A stretch of 64,000 nucleotides of DNA from a virus, in IMG/VR virus record IMGVR_UViG_3300045988_052724, positions 125,818 through 189,817 of that record; one strand, written 5' to 3'. This document shows, piece by piece, positions 21,731 through 32,035 of this stretch (its first letter is position 1; every line of letters begins with the position of its first letter). Under the pieces are notes generated by a model. That model saw only the letters and a list, made by a program, of their open reading frames with translations, was not told the origin of the DNA and ran no database searches. The translations under genes were made by a program, and so were the position numbers.

Positions 21731-22363
21731 TTACTGTTTAATTATACGTCTTTGGACTGTTCCTCCGAAGTAATTCTTACCAATTCCTTTATTCTTTACA
21801 GCTCCTGCCCCGCCAGCACCTCTACCATTAGCTTGGTCTTTCATATCAACCTTAACTTTATCCCTATCAGATAGTTTTCTATAATCAGCAGGAGTCATCT
21901 TTTTATAAGGAAGCTTCTTATTACTAACATTATATACTCCCTTATTTGTGTGTACAGTATCAGCCTTATTAACTACAGCACCTTTTTGGTCTTTCTTAAC
22001 TCTCTTCTTAGCTTTACCTCCACATTTATCCTTAAATATATCTACTACTTTAGCACCCTCAGCTTTCTTCTTGCACTTAACACAACCTCCAGCCATATAC
22101 TTCTCAACCTCGTATCCTTCTGGGCACTCACCTCTAAGGGTTTGAACATAACTTAATTTGGCTCCTAATTTAGCCATTGAAATTTGATTACCTTCCATTG
22201 CTTTGTATTGTTTATAAAACTCTTTTAATTCGTTCTCTGATAGCTGTGCTACTTTGTTTTCAAAGTCCGCTGCATCTTTAGGGTTTAGGACTTTAATAAG
22301 ATAGGCAGTGAACGCTTTTTGTTCTTCGTTCATCTGCCCACCCTGTTGAAACATACTTATCAT
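21731..22363 (-). CDS. Hypothetical Lys-rich protein, 210 aa
   Basis: ORF track. Confidence 0.4.
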   Translation of the reverse strand: MISMFQQGGQMNEEQKAFTAYLIKVLNPKDAADFENKVAQLSENELKEFYKQYKAMEGNQISMAKLGAKLSYVQTLRGECPEGYEVEKYMAGGCVKCKKKAEGAKVVDIFKDKCGGKAKKRVKKDQKGAVVNKADTVHTNKGVYNVSNKKLPYKKMTPADYRKLSDRDKVKVDMKDQANGRGAGGAGAVKNKGIGKNYFGGTVQRRIIKQ

Positions 22364-22379
22364 ACTTTAACTAAATCAA

Positions 22380-22607
22380 TTATACCTTCAAAAGGTCTTT
22401 GGTATTAAAAATAGCTTCCTGCAAAACTCCTTCTGTAGAGAACCACCTACATCTAATACCTTTAAAATAATCTTCTGCCATATTTGAAACACCATGAGTC
22501 CTAATGCTCATAGTCTCTTTCTTAACCACAATCATTACAGGTTTGTTAGGTATATCTTGCTTAAGAGTTACTACCTCACCTGGCATAAAATAAACTTTCT
22601 CTTCCAT
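22380..22607 (-). CDS. Small protein, 75 aa, DUF2158/YodC-like
   Basis: Pattern F.PGEVVTLK....KP.M.V......C.WF recalled from the YodC family. Confidence 0.35.
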   Translation of the reverse strand: MEEKVYFMPGEVVTLKQDIPNKPVMIVVKKETMSIRTHGVSNMAEDYFKGIRCRWFSTEGVLQEAIFNTKDLLKV

Positions 22608-23230
22608 TATACATTATCACTTTTAAATTCCTTTGTATATCTATCTTTTAATCCAGAATTAACTACTACTTGAACTTGAGGTTCAGCTACAACTTCAAAT
22701 CCTTGTCCGAAGAATGGGATAGGAACTCCACAAGCTCTTCTATAGTAAATAATATCGCCCTCCTTCACAAATTTACATAAAGGACTAGCTTCTATTACTA
22801 ATGCTTGAACTGATAAGTTCTCTTCTTGGTCCATTTCACCAGAGTCTGGATTTTTAAATGTACCTGTATATTCTGGAAGTATCAACCCCGACTCAGTTAC
22901 CTTCATCTTCTGGAATGGGTTCTTAGCATAAGGTTGTACTAATATATAACTGTTGATAGGGACAATCTGTAAGTCCTTCATCTTCTCATCCATCATCTTA
23001 GCGTGTCTTTCCTGCTCTTCAATTTTAGCATTCCATTCTGCTCTAGCCTCTTCAACTTGTTCATTGAACTTTACTTTAGCATCCTGTTTAGCCATTTCAG
23101 CTACAGTAGGAGACATAATAAATACATCACCATTGCCCATTAAATTATTCTTGCCATTACCATCTCCTTTGACTAATTGATTCTTTGTTCTTAATACTGC
23201 TTCTACTGTACTTAAATTATCCATACTCAT
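22607..23230 (-). CDS. Protein with a C-terminal GroES/gp31-like co-chaperonin domain, 207 aa
   Basis: The C-terminal 100 aa follow the GroES pattern: IVPINSYILVQ ... ESGLILP ... ALVIEAS ... VKEGDIIYY ... EVVAEPQVQVVV. Confidence 0.45.
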   Translation of the reverse strand: MSMDNLSTVEAVLRTKNQLVKGDGNGKNNLMGNGDVFIMSPTVAEMAKQDAKVKFNEQVEEARAEWNAKIEEQERHAKMMDEKMKDLQIVPINSYILVQPYAKNPFQKMKVTESGLILPEYTGTFKNPDSGEMDQEENLSVQALVIEASPLCKFVKEGDIIYYRRACGVPIPFFGQGFEVVAEPQVQVVVNSGLKDRYTKEFKSDNV

Positions 23231-23239
23231 TTAATTAAA

Positions 23240-23512
23240 TTACCATTTCCCTATAGGACACGTTGCGTTAGGTAGAGTTGTTTTAGCTCTTAACCTACAC
23301 CCACATCCATTAATATAACCATCTTTCTTCTCTGTACTTACATCTTCATTATCGGGGTTTACCCATAACTTACTGTTACATATCTCCCCCAATACTACAC
23401 TCTTCTTGTAGAGTTTACATCCTTTACACAAACGGATGCGGACTTCTGATATATTCTTATTAAGCCCGAACATCTCGTTAGTGTGCCCATTTAAAATAGC
23501 ACCAAGACCCAT
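23240..23512 (-). CDS. Cys-rich small protein, 90 aa (zinc-ribbon-like)
   Basis: CKGCK...CGCRLRAK....CPIGKW. Confidence 0.4.
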   Translation of the reverse strand: MGLGAILNGHTNEMFGLNKNISEVRIRLCKGCKLYKKSVVLGEICNSKLWVNPDNEDVSTEKKDGYINGCGCRLRAKTTLPNATCPIGKW

Positions 23513-23584
23513 ATTATTCTTTTTAATTCATAAGTTGCTAATATCTCAAACCTAAATGTTTGAAAGATACTCATATAGGTAATA

Positions 23585-24502
23585 TTAGAATTCTATAGGT
23601 CTTCTGCTATTCTTTCTGGCTTCTAATATAGCTTCCTTCTTATAGAACCTACACATTCTTTCTACATCATCTCTTAGGTAATCTAGCTCATGCTCGGAGA
23701 CATTGCCTTGATGGTCGTAATGTATAAGTATTAATTTTTTAACTACGAACTTAGGGTTTAGTTTCTGAAGCATCCAAGCATAGGTTGATAATTGTAATGC
23801 ATAGTGCATCTTGTTACAATCCATAATATTATTCATAGGATACTTCATCATTTGACATTTCTTTGTTCTCTTATCAAAGAATGACTTATCATCCAATTTC
23901 TTATTGGTCTTATAGTCTATGATGTAGATGTCGTTGCCATCCTTAATTAGTAAGTCAATCTGACCTGCCAACCTAAATTTACCATCTTCTGACTTCCTAT
24001 ATATCATATACTCAGGGAATACCCCCTTATCAATGTCAAGTAAATCCTTGTTATGCTTCATTAAAGAATCATTGGTGTTCACTTCAAATTTACCCCCAAG
24101 CCCAAACTTCTTTATTTCACATTGCTTCTTAGAAGTGTATTTACCTTCTAGTTCTGCATGAATTTTAGAACCTCTTTCACAGGATTCAGCATTAGTCTTC
24201 TGCCACTCATCTAAAATATCCTGCTGAGCTTTATTGTAATCATTAACAGTAAACCCATACATATCACAGAAGTATTTAACATCTATCTTATGTGTGTTTA
24301 GTAACTGAGACTTCTCAGCCTTAAATTCGTCTGCTGATAATAACTTCTCCAATGCCTTATAACCTGACCAGAAATCCTTATCAAAATCTTGGCAGAATTT
24401 GCCAATTAATGTTGTTACTGATACATATACTCCATTTTCATCCCAGTACATATGCTTCTCATCGTTGTAGCAAACGTTCTGGTTCTGCTTGTCCACTTTC
24501 AT
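23585..24502 (-). CDS. PD-(D/E)XK family nuclease/exonuclease, 305 aa
   Basis: GQIDLLIKDGNDIYIIDYKTNKK matches the D...(D/E)xK core. Confidence 0.6.
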   Translation of the reverse strand: MKVDKQNQNVCYNDEKHMYWDENGVYVSVTTLIGKFCQDFDKDFWSGYKALEKLLSADEFKAEKSQLLNTHKIDVKYFCDMYGFTVNDYNKAQQDILDEWQKTNAESCERGSKIHAELEGKYTSKKQCEIKKFGLGGKFEVNTNDSLMKHNKDLLDIDKGVFPEYMIYRKSEDGKFRLAGQIDLLIKDGNDIYIIDYKTNKKLDDKSFFDKRTKKCQMMKYPMNNIMDCNKMHYALQLSTYAWMLQKLNPKFVVKKLILIHYDHQGNVSEHELDYLRDDVERMCRFYKKEAILEARKNSRRPIEF

Positions 24503-25196
24503 ATAGCCTTTTAAATTTATCCTTTACTGAATTATAATCTAACCATGTTGTAAGAGGTTGAAGAGATGGGGCTATTATAGATTGATAATATCCCAGGTAG
24601 TACTCCTTCTTCACAGGATAGATAACTATTAACATTCCTACAGGTCCATCTACACCTGATAACGTGTAGAACGCAGCCGACTTAGCTTTGCTACGTTGCA
24701 ACAGTTCAGTTAAATTCGGAAGACTTATACTGTACTGTTGAATGCTATCCATTCTTAAAGACTTACTTTCATTTACCTTTTCAATCTCATCTCCATAGTT
24801 TGTATATTCTAACTCCTTCCATATCCTTAGACAGCTCCTAGTGTTTAGACCTCTCTTCTTCTCAGTTAGTGCTGTAAGATACCTATACGATAATCCATGA
24901 GTACTAACCAAGGAATTGTGGTAATTCATTAGGATAACATTAGATGCCTCTTTGTCTTGTACTAGTATTCTTTCAATGTACTCATTAATAGAAGGGGAGA
25001 TTATCTTTGTGTATTCCTCAGCGAGGTACTTTTCCTGCCGGACTTGTTCAGTATAATCTTGTAAGATAAGTTTCGTATGACCTCTAAAACCTGTTTCCAA
25101 TACTATTATTGATAAAACTATAATAATGATAGTCTTAACATTTGGACCTAAGTTATTAATCCAGCCATAAATTGCTTCTAGTCTACTTAACGACAT
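24459..25196 (-). CDS. Membrane-anchored hypothetical protein, 245 aa
   Basis: N-terminal TM segment (IIIIVLSIIVL). First gene of the leftward operon. Confidence 0.45.
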   Translation of the reverse strand: MSLSRLEAIYGWINNLGPNVKTIIIIVLSIIVLETGFRGHTKLILQDYTEQVRQEKYLAEEYTKIISPSINEYIERILVQDKEASNVILMNYHNSLVSTHGLSYRYLTALTEKKRGLNTRSCLRIWKELEYTNYGDEIEKVNESKSLRMDSIQQYSISLPNLTELLQRSKAKSAAFYTLSGVDGPVGMLIVIYPVKKEYYLGYYQSIIAPSLQPLTTWLDYNSVKDKFKRLYESGQAEPERLLQR

Positions 25197-25364
25197 TAAT
25201 CTATTTCCTTTAAATGTTGAATGTTAGTCCGCCTAAAAATAAACTCTAATTCATTTTCATCAATCCATTATTTATAATTTACCACCTTTCATTTGATAAT
25301 GTGCAAATTTAGTGATAACTTGCGACATAAAAAAGTAAAGTTTAAACTTAATATAAAATGAATC

Positions 25365-26051
25365 ATGGGAGAACGTAAATTGATTAATGGTAAAGAGGAT
25401 TTAAAGGTAAAAGAGATAAATGGAGCACATTATAAGCACTGCCCAAAGTGTAAAAAGTACAAACCAATGACTGATGAATTCTTTCATAAAAATAAAAACT
25501 TGTCTACTGGATATGACTCATACTGTAAGGAATGTAAGAAATTATTAAGGTCAGAGTATACTAGATATAAAGAAATTGACAGTAATGGAAATCTATACTG
25601 TTTAAGTTGTAAAACATATAAACCATTATCTGAATTTAGTAAAACTCCAGGACATAACCCAAAAAGAGGAGAATATCATATTAATTGTAATGACTGTATG
25701 CAATTAAAATCCAATCCATTAAAGTCACATATATCTAAAATAATATACGAGTGTAATTATACAAAATCTAAATATAAGAGAGAATATGAGGTGCTGATAA
25801 ATATAGAGGACATATTAAATTTGTATGAAGAACAAAATCATAGATGTGCTTTAACAGGACTTGAATTAACATATTCTAAAGATGATACTCACACTAATCT
25901 GTCAATAGATAGGATAAACCCAGGTAAAGACTATTCCATTGACAATATTAGACTGGTATGTAAAACTGTAAATATAATGAGGAACTCCCTATCAGATGAG
26001 GAATTTATTAAGTGGTGCAATTTAGTTGTTTTACATAATGAAAATGATTAA
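25365..26051 (+). CDS. Zinc-ribbon-rich protein with a C-terminal HNH-like nuclease motif, 228 aa
   Basis: Repeated CxxC pairs. C-terminal SIDRINPGKDYSIDNIRLVC..VN resembles IDRID-type HNH endonucleases. Confidence 0.45.
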   Translation: MGERKLINGKEDLKVKEINGAHYKHCPKCKKYKPMTDEFFHKNKNLSTGYDSYCKECKKLLRSEYTRYKEIDSNGNLYCLSCKTYKPLSEFSKTPGHNPKRGEYHINCNDCMQLKSNPLKSHISKIIYECNYTKSKYKREYEVLINIEDILNLYEEQNHRCALTGLELTYSKDDTHTNLSIDRINPGKDYSIDNIRLVCKTVNIMRNSLSDEEFIKWCNLVVLHNEND

Positions 26052-26090
26052 TTTTGTAAATAAAAAAATGAAACATAAACTTATTTAATT

Positions 26091-27002
26091 ATGGAACTAA
26101 ATCAGAGAGAATTGAAGGCATTGTATATCTCTTTAAAGGAGATGTGTAGTAATGTGGATTGTGATAGTATTCCTATGTTTAGACAGGGAAGTAAGTTAAT
26201 ACCAAGATGTAAGAATGGAAGTGGTATTCATATTAAGAAGGAGAATAGAGGTAAGTTTACAGCATCAGCTAAGAGGGCAGGTCAGGGAGTTCAGGAGCAT
26301 GCTCGTTCTGTACTTAATAACCCAAATGCTACTCCTCTACAGAAAAAGAGAGCTAACTTTGCTAGGAATGCTGCCAAGTGGAAACACCAGGAAGGAGGGA
26401 TACTTTATAATGGAACTCTTCCAGAAATTACAGTAACTCCTAGCAAATACCAAAATCAATATTTTAAAGAAATGCGGCCCTATTTAGATAAAAAAGTAGC
26501 TACTGCTTTAGCTCATGATTTTGATAGAGACAGACTAAAATATGGTGATGAGATTATGGCTGCTTTAGCAGATATTCATAAAATGTCAGGAAAGCCTAGA
26601 ATAACTTCCACTGATAGGTTAAACAACAATCCTAAAGATAGTATTCCTAGACCCTATTGGGTTCCTGTAGTTAATAATATTCATAGTGCACATGGTATTG
26701 AAGATATAATTAGTGAATTAGCACATCCCTTGCAGTCGAAATATGGAAATAACTATGAAATATTAAATAAAATTAATAGCTGGATTCACCTTAAACCATA
26801 TAATGCTGATAAGGGAATCAATGGAGTTTCTTGGTATAATAATCCTTCAGGGATGGAATACGAAACCCATAAAATATTTGAACCTATGATTAAGAAAGAA
26901 ATTTACTATTCAAATCCCCCACTTAATGAAAAAGAAATCTTTACTAAAGAAAATATAAGGGATTGGGCTGACTGGGCTAAAGAATATTACAATGAAAAGT
27001 AA
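26091..27002 (+). CDS. Hypothetical protein, 303 aa
   Basis: ORF track. Confidence 0.45.
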   Translation: MELNQRELKALYISLKEMCSNVDCDSIPMFRQGSKLIPRCKNGSGIHIKKENRGKFTASAKRAGQGVQEHARSVLNNPNATPLQKKRANFARNAAKWKHQEGGILYNGTLPEITVTPSKYQNQYFKEMRPYLDKKVATALAHDFDRDRLKYGDEIMAALADIHKMSGKPRITSTDRLNNNPKDSIPRPYWVPVVNNIHSAHGIEDIISELAHPLQSKYGNNYEILNKINSWIHLKPYNADKGINGVSWYNNPSGMEYETHKIFEPMIKKEIYYSNPPLNEKEIFTKENIRDWADWAKEYYNEK

Positions 27003-27258
27003 ATACTATAAAGAGAATAGAAAAATATTTAATAATGCTAAAACAAAGTGTTGTTTATGTGGTGAGTCAAATAAGTGTTGTTTAGAATTTCATCATAATC
27101 AAGAGAAGCATTTTAATATATCTAAATCACTTAAATATATAACCCCGAAACAATTGATAGATGAACTGAAATTAACTTGTTGTGTTTGCTCAAATTGCCA
27201 CAAGAAAATACATAATAATATTAAATATGGAGATAATAAACAAATTACAGAAGGGTAA
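26992..27258 (+). CDS. Small HNH endonuclease, 88 aa
   Basis: CCLCGESNKCCLEFHHNQEK ... CSNCHKKIHNN. Confidence 0.6.
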   Translation: MKSKYYKENRKIFNNAKTKCCLCGESNKCCLEFHHNQEKHFNISKSLKYITPKQLIDELKLTCCVCSNCHKKIHNNIKYGDNKQITEG

Positions 27259-29482
27259 TGTAGTTAAACAAGACAATACTAGAGTATCTAAACCAATCAT
27301 CCCAGAAATTATTAAGGCAACCCCAAGACAGTATCAATTTGTTGACCTAGGGGGAGGGCCTTCTACTGATACAAGAACAGCTGCTGAAAGGAATAGAGAC
27401 TATTGGCATCCCATTAAAGGAGCTAAAGAAAGGTTTAAATCTTCTATGAAGAATGAGACTAACCCACTAGTAGGTATAGAAAGAACTATAATGCCTGCTA
27501 TGGCTGGTGCAACATTAGTAACAACTCCAGCTACAGTAGGAGGTTTATTAGGAAGTGAAGCTGTTAATAATGCTACTGGTGGATTTGGTCAATGGTTGGA
27601 AGGTAAGGTTGGAATACCAGCTGAAGTTGGAGAATATCTAAACCCTGGTGCAGTATATGGAGGAGGCAAAGGTCTTAATGTTACTAAGAACAAATTAGTT
27701 TCTAAGTTTATTAAAGGGGATGCTGACTTAGGTTGGAATGCTCTTAATAGAAATCATTGGATATTTAATAGAGAGGCTCGTACACCTACTAATATTGCTA
27801 TGGCTACTGCTAATAGAGCAATGCCATTCTTATCTAATGTAGAGAAGACTCCAGCAAGAATTGCAGCTTATAAAGTAGGTAGAAGAACCAAAGGTAATGC
27901 TTCTGTATCTTTAAAGGATATAAAGAATAATGAGTCTACATACACAGGTTCAGCAACACCAGAAGGTAATAATGGTGATAGGGACTTATTAGGAATGTAT
28001 CTATTTCAGAATGACCCATTAATAAGTAAGAGTCCTTGGTTTCAGAAGGTAGCTAAATCATTTAAACCTGCTAAAGGAAAAGGGTTCAGTCATGGAGATA
28101 GATATAATCAACTATATCCTGGTATTGAGAATAGAAGATACCAAATGCAATCTGTAGTTAAAGATTCAAGACCTTTAAGGTTTAGAAATATAGAAGAGTT
28201 TAATGAATACTCTAATGGTATAGGTAAATTACAAGGTAAAGAAGGTGATATGGTTATAGAGATGCCAGATGGATTTCAAACCTTTAGACAGCCTGGAACT
28301 AATTATGTAGGACCTATAGATGATGTAGGAGGTCATGTTATAAAGATTGATTACAACAATAAGGGAAAGCTAACCCAAATATCTCAAGATATGTGGAAGT
28401 TTAATCCAGCTGACTATGCTAAGAGATGGTCTGGCAAGAGTGTAGCAGAGGGAGTTAGGGCTACTAAACAAGCTGCACTTATGGATAAGGTGGGAACTCC
28501 ATTTATATTACAGCAAGAGAATCCTATCTATATAGGTGGAAGAAGAGTATGGGATAGCATTAAGAGTATTCCTAAGAATCCATATATAAGAAGACAACCT
28601 ATGATGCAAGGTGCATTATTAACTATGAAGAAAGGTGGTAGTCTAGTATCTGATGGTAGAAGATTCAAGTTTAAAGATTCTACACTAGTAAAGAACTCTA
28701 AGACTCTTAACAATAAGAGAGATATGAGGAAGAAATTCATGAAATCTGACAGACCTACATATAGTAACAATAGAGTTAGGAAGGGACAAGAAGGATTACG
28801 ATTTACTAGGTATGATGTTATAGAAAGACCTACTCTTAATATGGATAATACATTTGAAGAATACAGATTCCCAGTTGATAATACTCCAACTTATACTATT
28901 AAGAGAGAGGAAACTCCAGTAGATGTACAGCAACCCATTATTAAAGAAGAAGAAACACCTATTATGAAGAGAGAGTTATTCAACATCAAACCATCTAAAG
29001 GATTAGATGAGTTTAATAAGTGGTACGATGAGGTAGAACAAGAAGACCCAGAAGCTAAGAACTATAGACAATTCCTTACTAAGATGGCTGAACAGGAATC
29101 AGGATTTAATAGTGCAATACAAAATAGAGCTGGCGCTCCTGCCTATGGCTACTTCCAATTCATGCAAGATGGTAAAAAATATAATAATATTTCTGCTTAT
29201 GCTGGAACAGATGTAGATACATTTAGGAATAATCCTAAACTACAGATTAAAGCCGCTATTAAATTAGCTAAGCAATTTGAAAGAGGGTTTAATAAACAAG
29301 ATTTAGAGCTAGCTGCACAAAAAGGATATACTAAATTTGGATTGTTAGGTGGGGCATGGTTGGCTGGTAATGGTGGAGTTAGAAAATATCTACAAGGATT
29401 GGCTAACCCATCTGATAAACATTGGAGTAAATCTGGAAGTGGAACGGATGTAGCTAGTAGAATACAGATGTTTAATTTCTAA
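27227..29482 (+). CDS. Large virion-associated protein with a C-terminal lytic transglycosylase (SLT) domain
   Basis: C-terminal MAEQESGFNSAIQNRAGAPAYGYFQFM carries the catalytic E-S motif and GxxQ. The internal ATG at 27227 is preferred over the track start at 27182. Confidence 0.65.
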   Translation: MEIINKLQKGNVVKQDNTRVSKPIIPEIIKATPRQYQFVDLGGGPSTDTRTAAERNRDYWHPIKGAKERFKSSMKNETNPLVGIERTIMPAMAGATLVTTPATVGGLLGSEAVNNATGGFGQWLEGKVGIPAEVGEYLNPGAVYGGGKGLNVTKNKLVSKFIKGDADLGWNALNRNHWIFNREARTPTNIAMATANRAMPFLSNVEKTPARIAAYKVGRRTKGNASVSLKDIKNNESTYTGSATPEGNNGDRDLLGMYLFQNDPLISKSPWFQKVAKSFKPAKGKGFSHGDRYNQLYPGIENRRYQMQSVVKDSRPLRFRNIEEFNEYSNGIGKLQGKEGDMVIEMPDGFQTFRQPGTNYVGPIDDVGGHVIKIDYNNKGKLTQISQDMWKFNPADYAKRWSGKSVAEGVRATKQAALMDKVGTPFILQQENPIYIGGRRVWDSIKSIPKNPYIRRQPMMQGALLTMKKGGSLVSDGRRFKFKDSTLVKNSKTLNNKRDMRKKFMKSDRPTYSNNRVRKGQEGLRFTRYDVIERPTLNMDNTFEEYRFPVDNTPTYTIKREETPVDVQQPIIKEEETPIMKRELFNIKPSKGLDEFNKWYDEVEQEDPEAKNYRQFLTKMAEQESGFNSAIQNRAGAPAYGYFQFMQDGKKYNNISAYAGTDVDTFRNNPKLQIKAAIKLAKQFERGFNKQDLELAAQKGYTKFGLLGGAWLAGNGGVRKYLQGLANPSDKHWSKSGSGTDVASRIQMFNF

Positions 29483-29486
29483 GAAC

Positions 29487-29744
29487 ATGAAATTTATAAC
29501 CTTTATAAAGGGGATGGTTACTTCACATTCTGGTATTAGTAGTAAGAGAGTGTGTGGAGTATTAGGATGGATAGTTGCTATAATAGTGTTACTATATTGT
29601 ACTATTCATGTTATCCAAGCCCCATTAATGATAGATACATTCTTAGTATGCTGTATGGCATTACTTGGTATAGATTCAATAACTGGTATCTGGAAGAAAT
29701 TTGATAAACATGATAGACCAAATAAAGAAATTCCTGAAGGGTGA
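29487..29744 (+). CDS. Membrane protein, 85 aa (holin-like)
   Basis: Two predicted TM segments. Follows the transglycosylase gene. Confidence 0.4.
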   Translation: MKFITFIKGMVTSHSGISSKRVCGVLGWIVAIIVLLYCTIHVIQAPLMIDTFLVCCMALLGIDSITGIWKKFDKHDRPNKEIPEG

Positions 29745-29943
29745 TAAAATATTACATATGATATGCTGCTTTGCTATTGTAGTAATATTTGGATTAATCT
29801 TAAATATAGTTAGTGGAATTGCTCTAGCTCTAATAGCTTCATTTGGTAAAGAAACTTATGATGAAGTAAAATACAAAGGTTGGAGCTGGGATGATTTGCT
29901 AGCAGATTTATTAGGAATAGTTTTAGGAATCTTAGTACTATGA
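29701..29943 (+). CDS. Membrane protein, 80 aa (holin/spanin-like)
   Basis: Hydrophobic segments CCFAIVVIFGLILNIVSGIALALIA and LLGIVLGILVL. Confidence 0.4.
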   Translation: MINMIDQIKKFLKGDKILHMICCFAIVVIFGLILNIVSGIALALIASFGKETYDEVKYKGWSWDDLLADLLGIVLGILVL

Positions 29944-30131
29944 ATTATAATCAAGCTACACTTCACGCTGCTACTGGTAAGATATTAATGCTTCCAGGTT
30001 GGCACGGATACTTTTATTGGAACTATAGTACTAAGGAACTAAACTTTAGAGATGGCGATTATCATTTAGATGGGAAGCAATTACGAGATATGAACATTAG
30101 AGATAGGAATGATTGGTATTATATTACCTAA
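29940..30131 (+). CDS. Hypothetical protein, 63 aa
   Basis: ORF track, ATGA start/stop overlap. Confidence 0.35.
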   Translation: MNYNQATLHAATGKILMLPGWHGYFYWNYSTKELNFRDGDYHLDGKQLRDMNIRDRNDWYYIT

Positions 30132-30161
30132 GTTTTATTAACAATTAAACACAACACAATT

Positions 30162-30362
30162 ATGAGACATTTTATGATGGACGTTTGGATTTGGACAGAG
30201 GATAAGCACTCTAAGCCATTAAAGACAATTAGATTTGAGCAAGACCATTTTCCTACTGAGAAGGAATGTTGGCATTGGTTTACTAAAGATGAAGATGTAG
30301 AAGTATATATGAAAAGTGGTATTTGTGTAAAATTCAATAATATACATGAGTATCAGAAATAA
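30162..30362 (+). CDS. Hypothetical protein, 66 aa
   Basis: ORF track. The antisense 69-aa ORF is judged spurious. Confidence 0.35.
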   Translation: MRHFMMDVWIWTEDKHSKPLKTIRFEQDHFPTEKECWHWFTKDEDVEVYMKSGICVKFNNIHEYQK

Positions 30363-30366
30363 ACAA

Positions 30367-30410
30367 AAAGGCGGCTCTAGCTTAATTGCTAAAGTCGCCT
30401 TTAAATTTTT
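30367..30410. terminator. Bidirectional intrinsic terminator between convergent operons
   Basis: aaaggcg ... cgccttt stem flanked by A-run and T-run. Confidence 0.6.
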
Positions 30411-30414
30411 ACTA

Positions 30415-30765
30415 CTATTGTGGATTGCATCTTCCTACAAATACAAGAATTGGATAGCCATCTTCATCTAATTCTTCATCATACATCTTATTAGATGTCA
30501 AGTTAGAGTAGCATACTTCTAGCTCTACTGCTGGGTATTTAAGATAGTCCCAGCCTGGATGTACATAAGCTCTTTCTTGTATAGCTCTACACTTTAGATT
30601 ATATAGTGCAGGAGGCATTGGATTAGCATAATTAAGAACAGCTAAATTAAATAATGCTGCACCCTTCTCACCAGTTATAAATGTGAAGTCATTATCTTCT
30701 TTAATAGCATTTAGCTTATTAATAGTATCCTTAAAGGTTTCCCAGGTTAGGTTATTGTAACTCAT
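30415..30765 (-). CDS. Hypothetical protein, 116 aa
   Basis: ORF track. Confidence 0.45.
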   Translation of the reverse strand: MSYNNLTWETFKDTINKLNAIKEDNDFTFITGEKGAALFNLAVLNYANPMPPALYNLKCRAIQERAYVHPGWDYLKYPAVELEVCYSNLTSNKMYDEELDEDGYPILVFVGRCNPQ

Positions 30766-31030
30766 TGAAATTTATTTTAAAACTCTTAGATGTATAACTT
30801 AATGAACTATTATCAACATGAGATGGAAAGTCTACATCCTTAGTCTTTACATATAATTGACAGTGGCACATACCCTCTTCCATTTCTCTAAACTCTTTAC
30901 ACATACATACTGTATCATCGTCCCTTACTAAGGAGCAAGGGCAGTATCTTTTACCATACTTCTCCTTGTTCCTTTGTAAGCCTGCTAATACAGCTTCCTT
31001 CACTTCTTTATCATCGGTTACTCTTACCAT
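30752..31030 (-). CDS. Ferredoxin-thioredoxin-reductase catalytic-subunit-like Cys-rich protein, 92 aa
   Basis: YCPCSLVRDDDTVCMCKEF....GMCHCQLY matches the CPC...CxC...CHC pattern of FTR beta chains. Confidence 0.45.
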   Translation of the reverse strand: MVRVTDDKEVKEAVLAGLQRNKEKYGKRYCPCSLVRDDDTVCMCKEFREMEEGMCHCQLYVKTKDVDFPSHVDNSSLSYTSKSFKINFNELQ

Positions 31031-31055
31031 ATATTTATACTTATATTTCTAATGC

Positions 31056-31229
31056 TCATCTTCTCCCTGTCTTTATTAGTCTGACCATCTCTTCATGGGC
31101 TTTTGCTATATTCATAAGTAATAACTCCTCTGCAATCTGAGGATTAGTTGGAACCACATGAGAGATTTTTACAGTATACTTCCCCTCTTTAAGGAGTATA
31201 TAGCACACTCCACCATTATAATATATCAT
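31056..31229 (-). CDS. Hypothetical protein, 57 aa (below the ORF-track cutoff)
   Basis: Hand translation MIYYNGGVCYILLKEGKYTVK.... ATGA overlap with the upstream gene stop. Confidence 0.35.
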   Translation of the reverse strand: MIYYNGGVCYILLKEGKYTVKISHVVPTNPQIAEELLLMNIAKAHEEMVRLIKTGRR

Positions 31230-31501
31230 AGTATATTAGACCACTTCTTATTTGGAGCAATGTCTTGAATGCAGCCTGGAATACGTTTAGTTTCATATTC
31301 TGTGATAGTCTTAGCACCTAGAATGTTGCCAGCTTGTAGTATCTTTTCCCTTAGCTCTTTAATATATTTATCTCTAATAGTAATCATCCCGCATAAAGAT
31401 GATATTGCTCTTTGTACAACATTAGCATCTTCATCGGATAGGTGTGATAATATTTCATCAACAGCCTCTACATCATATAATTCAATTTCATCAATAGTCA
31501 T
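31226..31501 (-). CDS. Hypothetical protein, 91 aa
   Basis: ORF track. Confidence 0.45.
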   Translation of the reverse strand: MTIDEIELYDVEAVDEILSHLSDEDANVVQRAISSLCGMITIRDKYIKELREKILQAGNILGAKTITEYETKRIPGCIQDIAPNKKWSNIL

Positions 31502-31644
31502 TATTTCTTTAGTTTATTTTCTAGCTCAAGAATCTTAGCCTTTAATTCGGAGTTCTCCTTAGCTAGTGCTATATTATCATTCTTAACCTGTTCTGCTTTC
31601 TTCATAAACTCTTCTACACCCTGCTCAAACAGAGTTAGATTCAT
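31501..31644 (-). CDS. Coiled-coil microprotein, 47 aa
   Basis: Hand translation MNLTLFEQGVEEFMKKAEQVKNDNIALAKENSELKAKILELENKLKK. Fills the gap between two genes. Confidence 0.35.
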   Translation of the reverse strand: MNLTLFEQGVEEFMKKAEQVKNDNIALAKENSELKAKILELENKLKK

Positions 31645-31645
31645 T

Positions 31646-32035
31646 TTAATTTGTCTGATTTCTGGAATCATTGTTAAACTTATCCTCTAGTTCATTAATA
31701 ATTCTGTGAAGACTTGGAATCTTACTTGTAATAATACTATCCAAGTAATCTTTAATATCATCCAGAGTCATTGCATCAAATTCATCTTTAGATAAATTAC
31801 GTGATTCAATTGTCTCTATAAATACATCAATAGCATCTTTAATAGCTTGTTTGTCTCTTAGTAGCTGTTCATGTGTTAGATGAACATTAGTAATCTTAGA
31901 GAACAATGCTGGGTGTCTAGTAAATATCTCTTCTAATTCCTCATCACTAATTAGTTGCAGTAATTCTACTGCCTTATTATAGAGTACTTGTGCCTCTATA
32001 ACATCGTACTTATCAAGTATAGATTTTAATTGCAT
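31646..32035 (-). CDS. Hypothetical protein, 129 aa
   Basis: ORF track. Confidence 0.45.
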   Translation of the reverse strand: MQLKSILDKYDVIEAQVLYNKAVELLQLISDEELEEIFTRHPALFSKITNVHLTHEQLLRDKQAIKDAIDVFIETIESRNLSKDEFDAMTLDDIKDYLDSIITSKIPSLHRIINELEDKFNNDSRNQTN

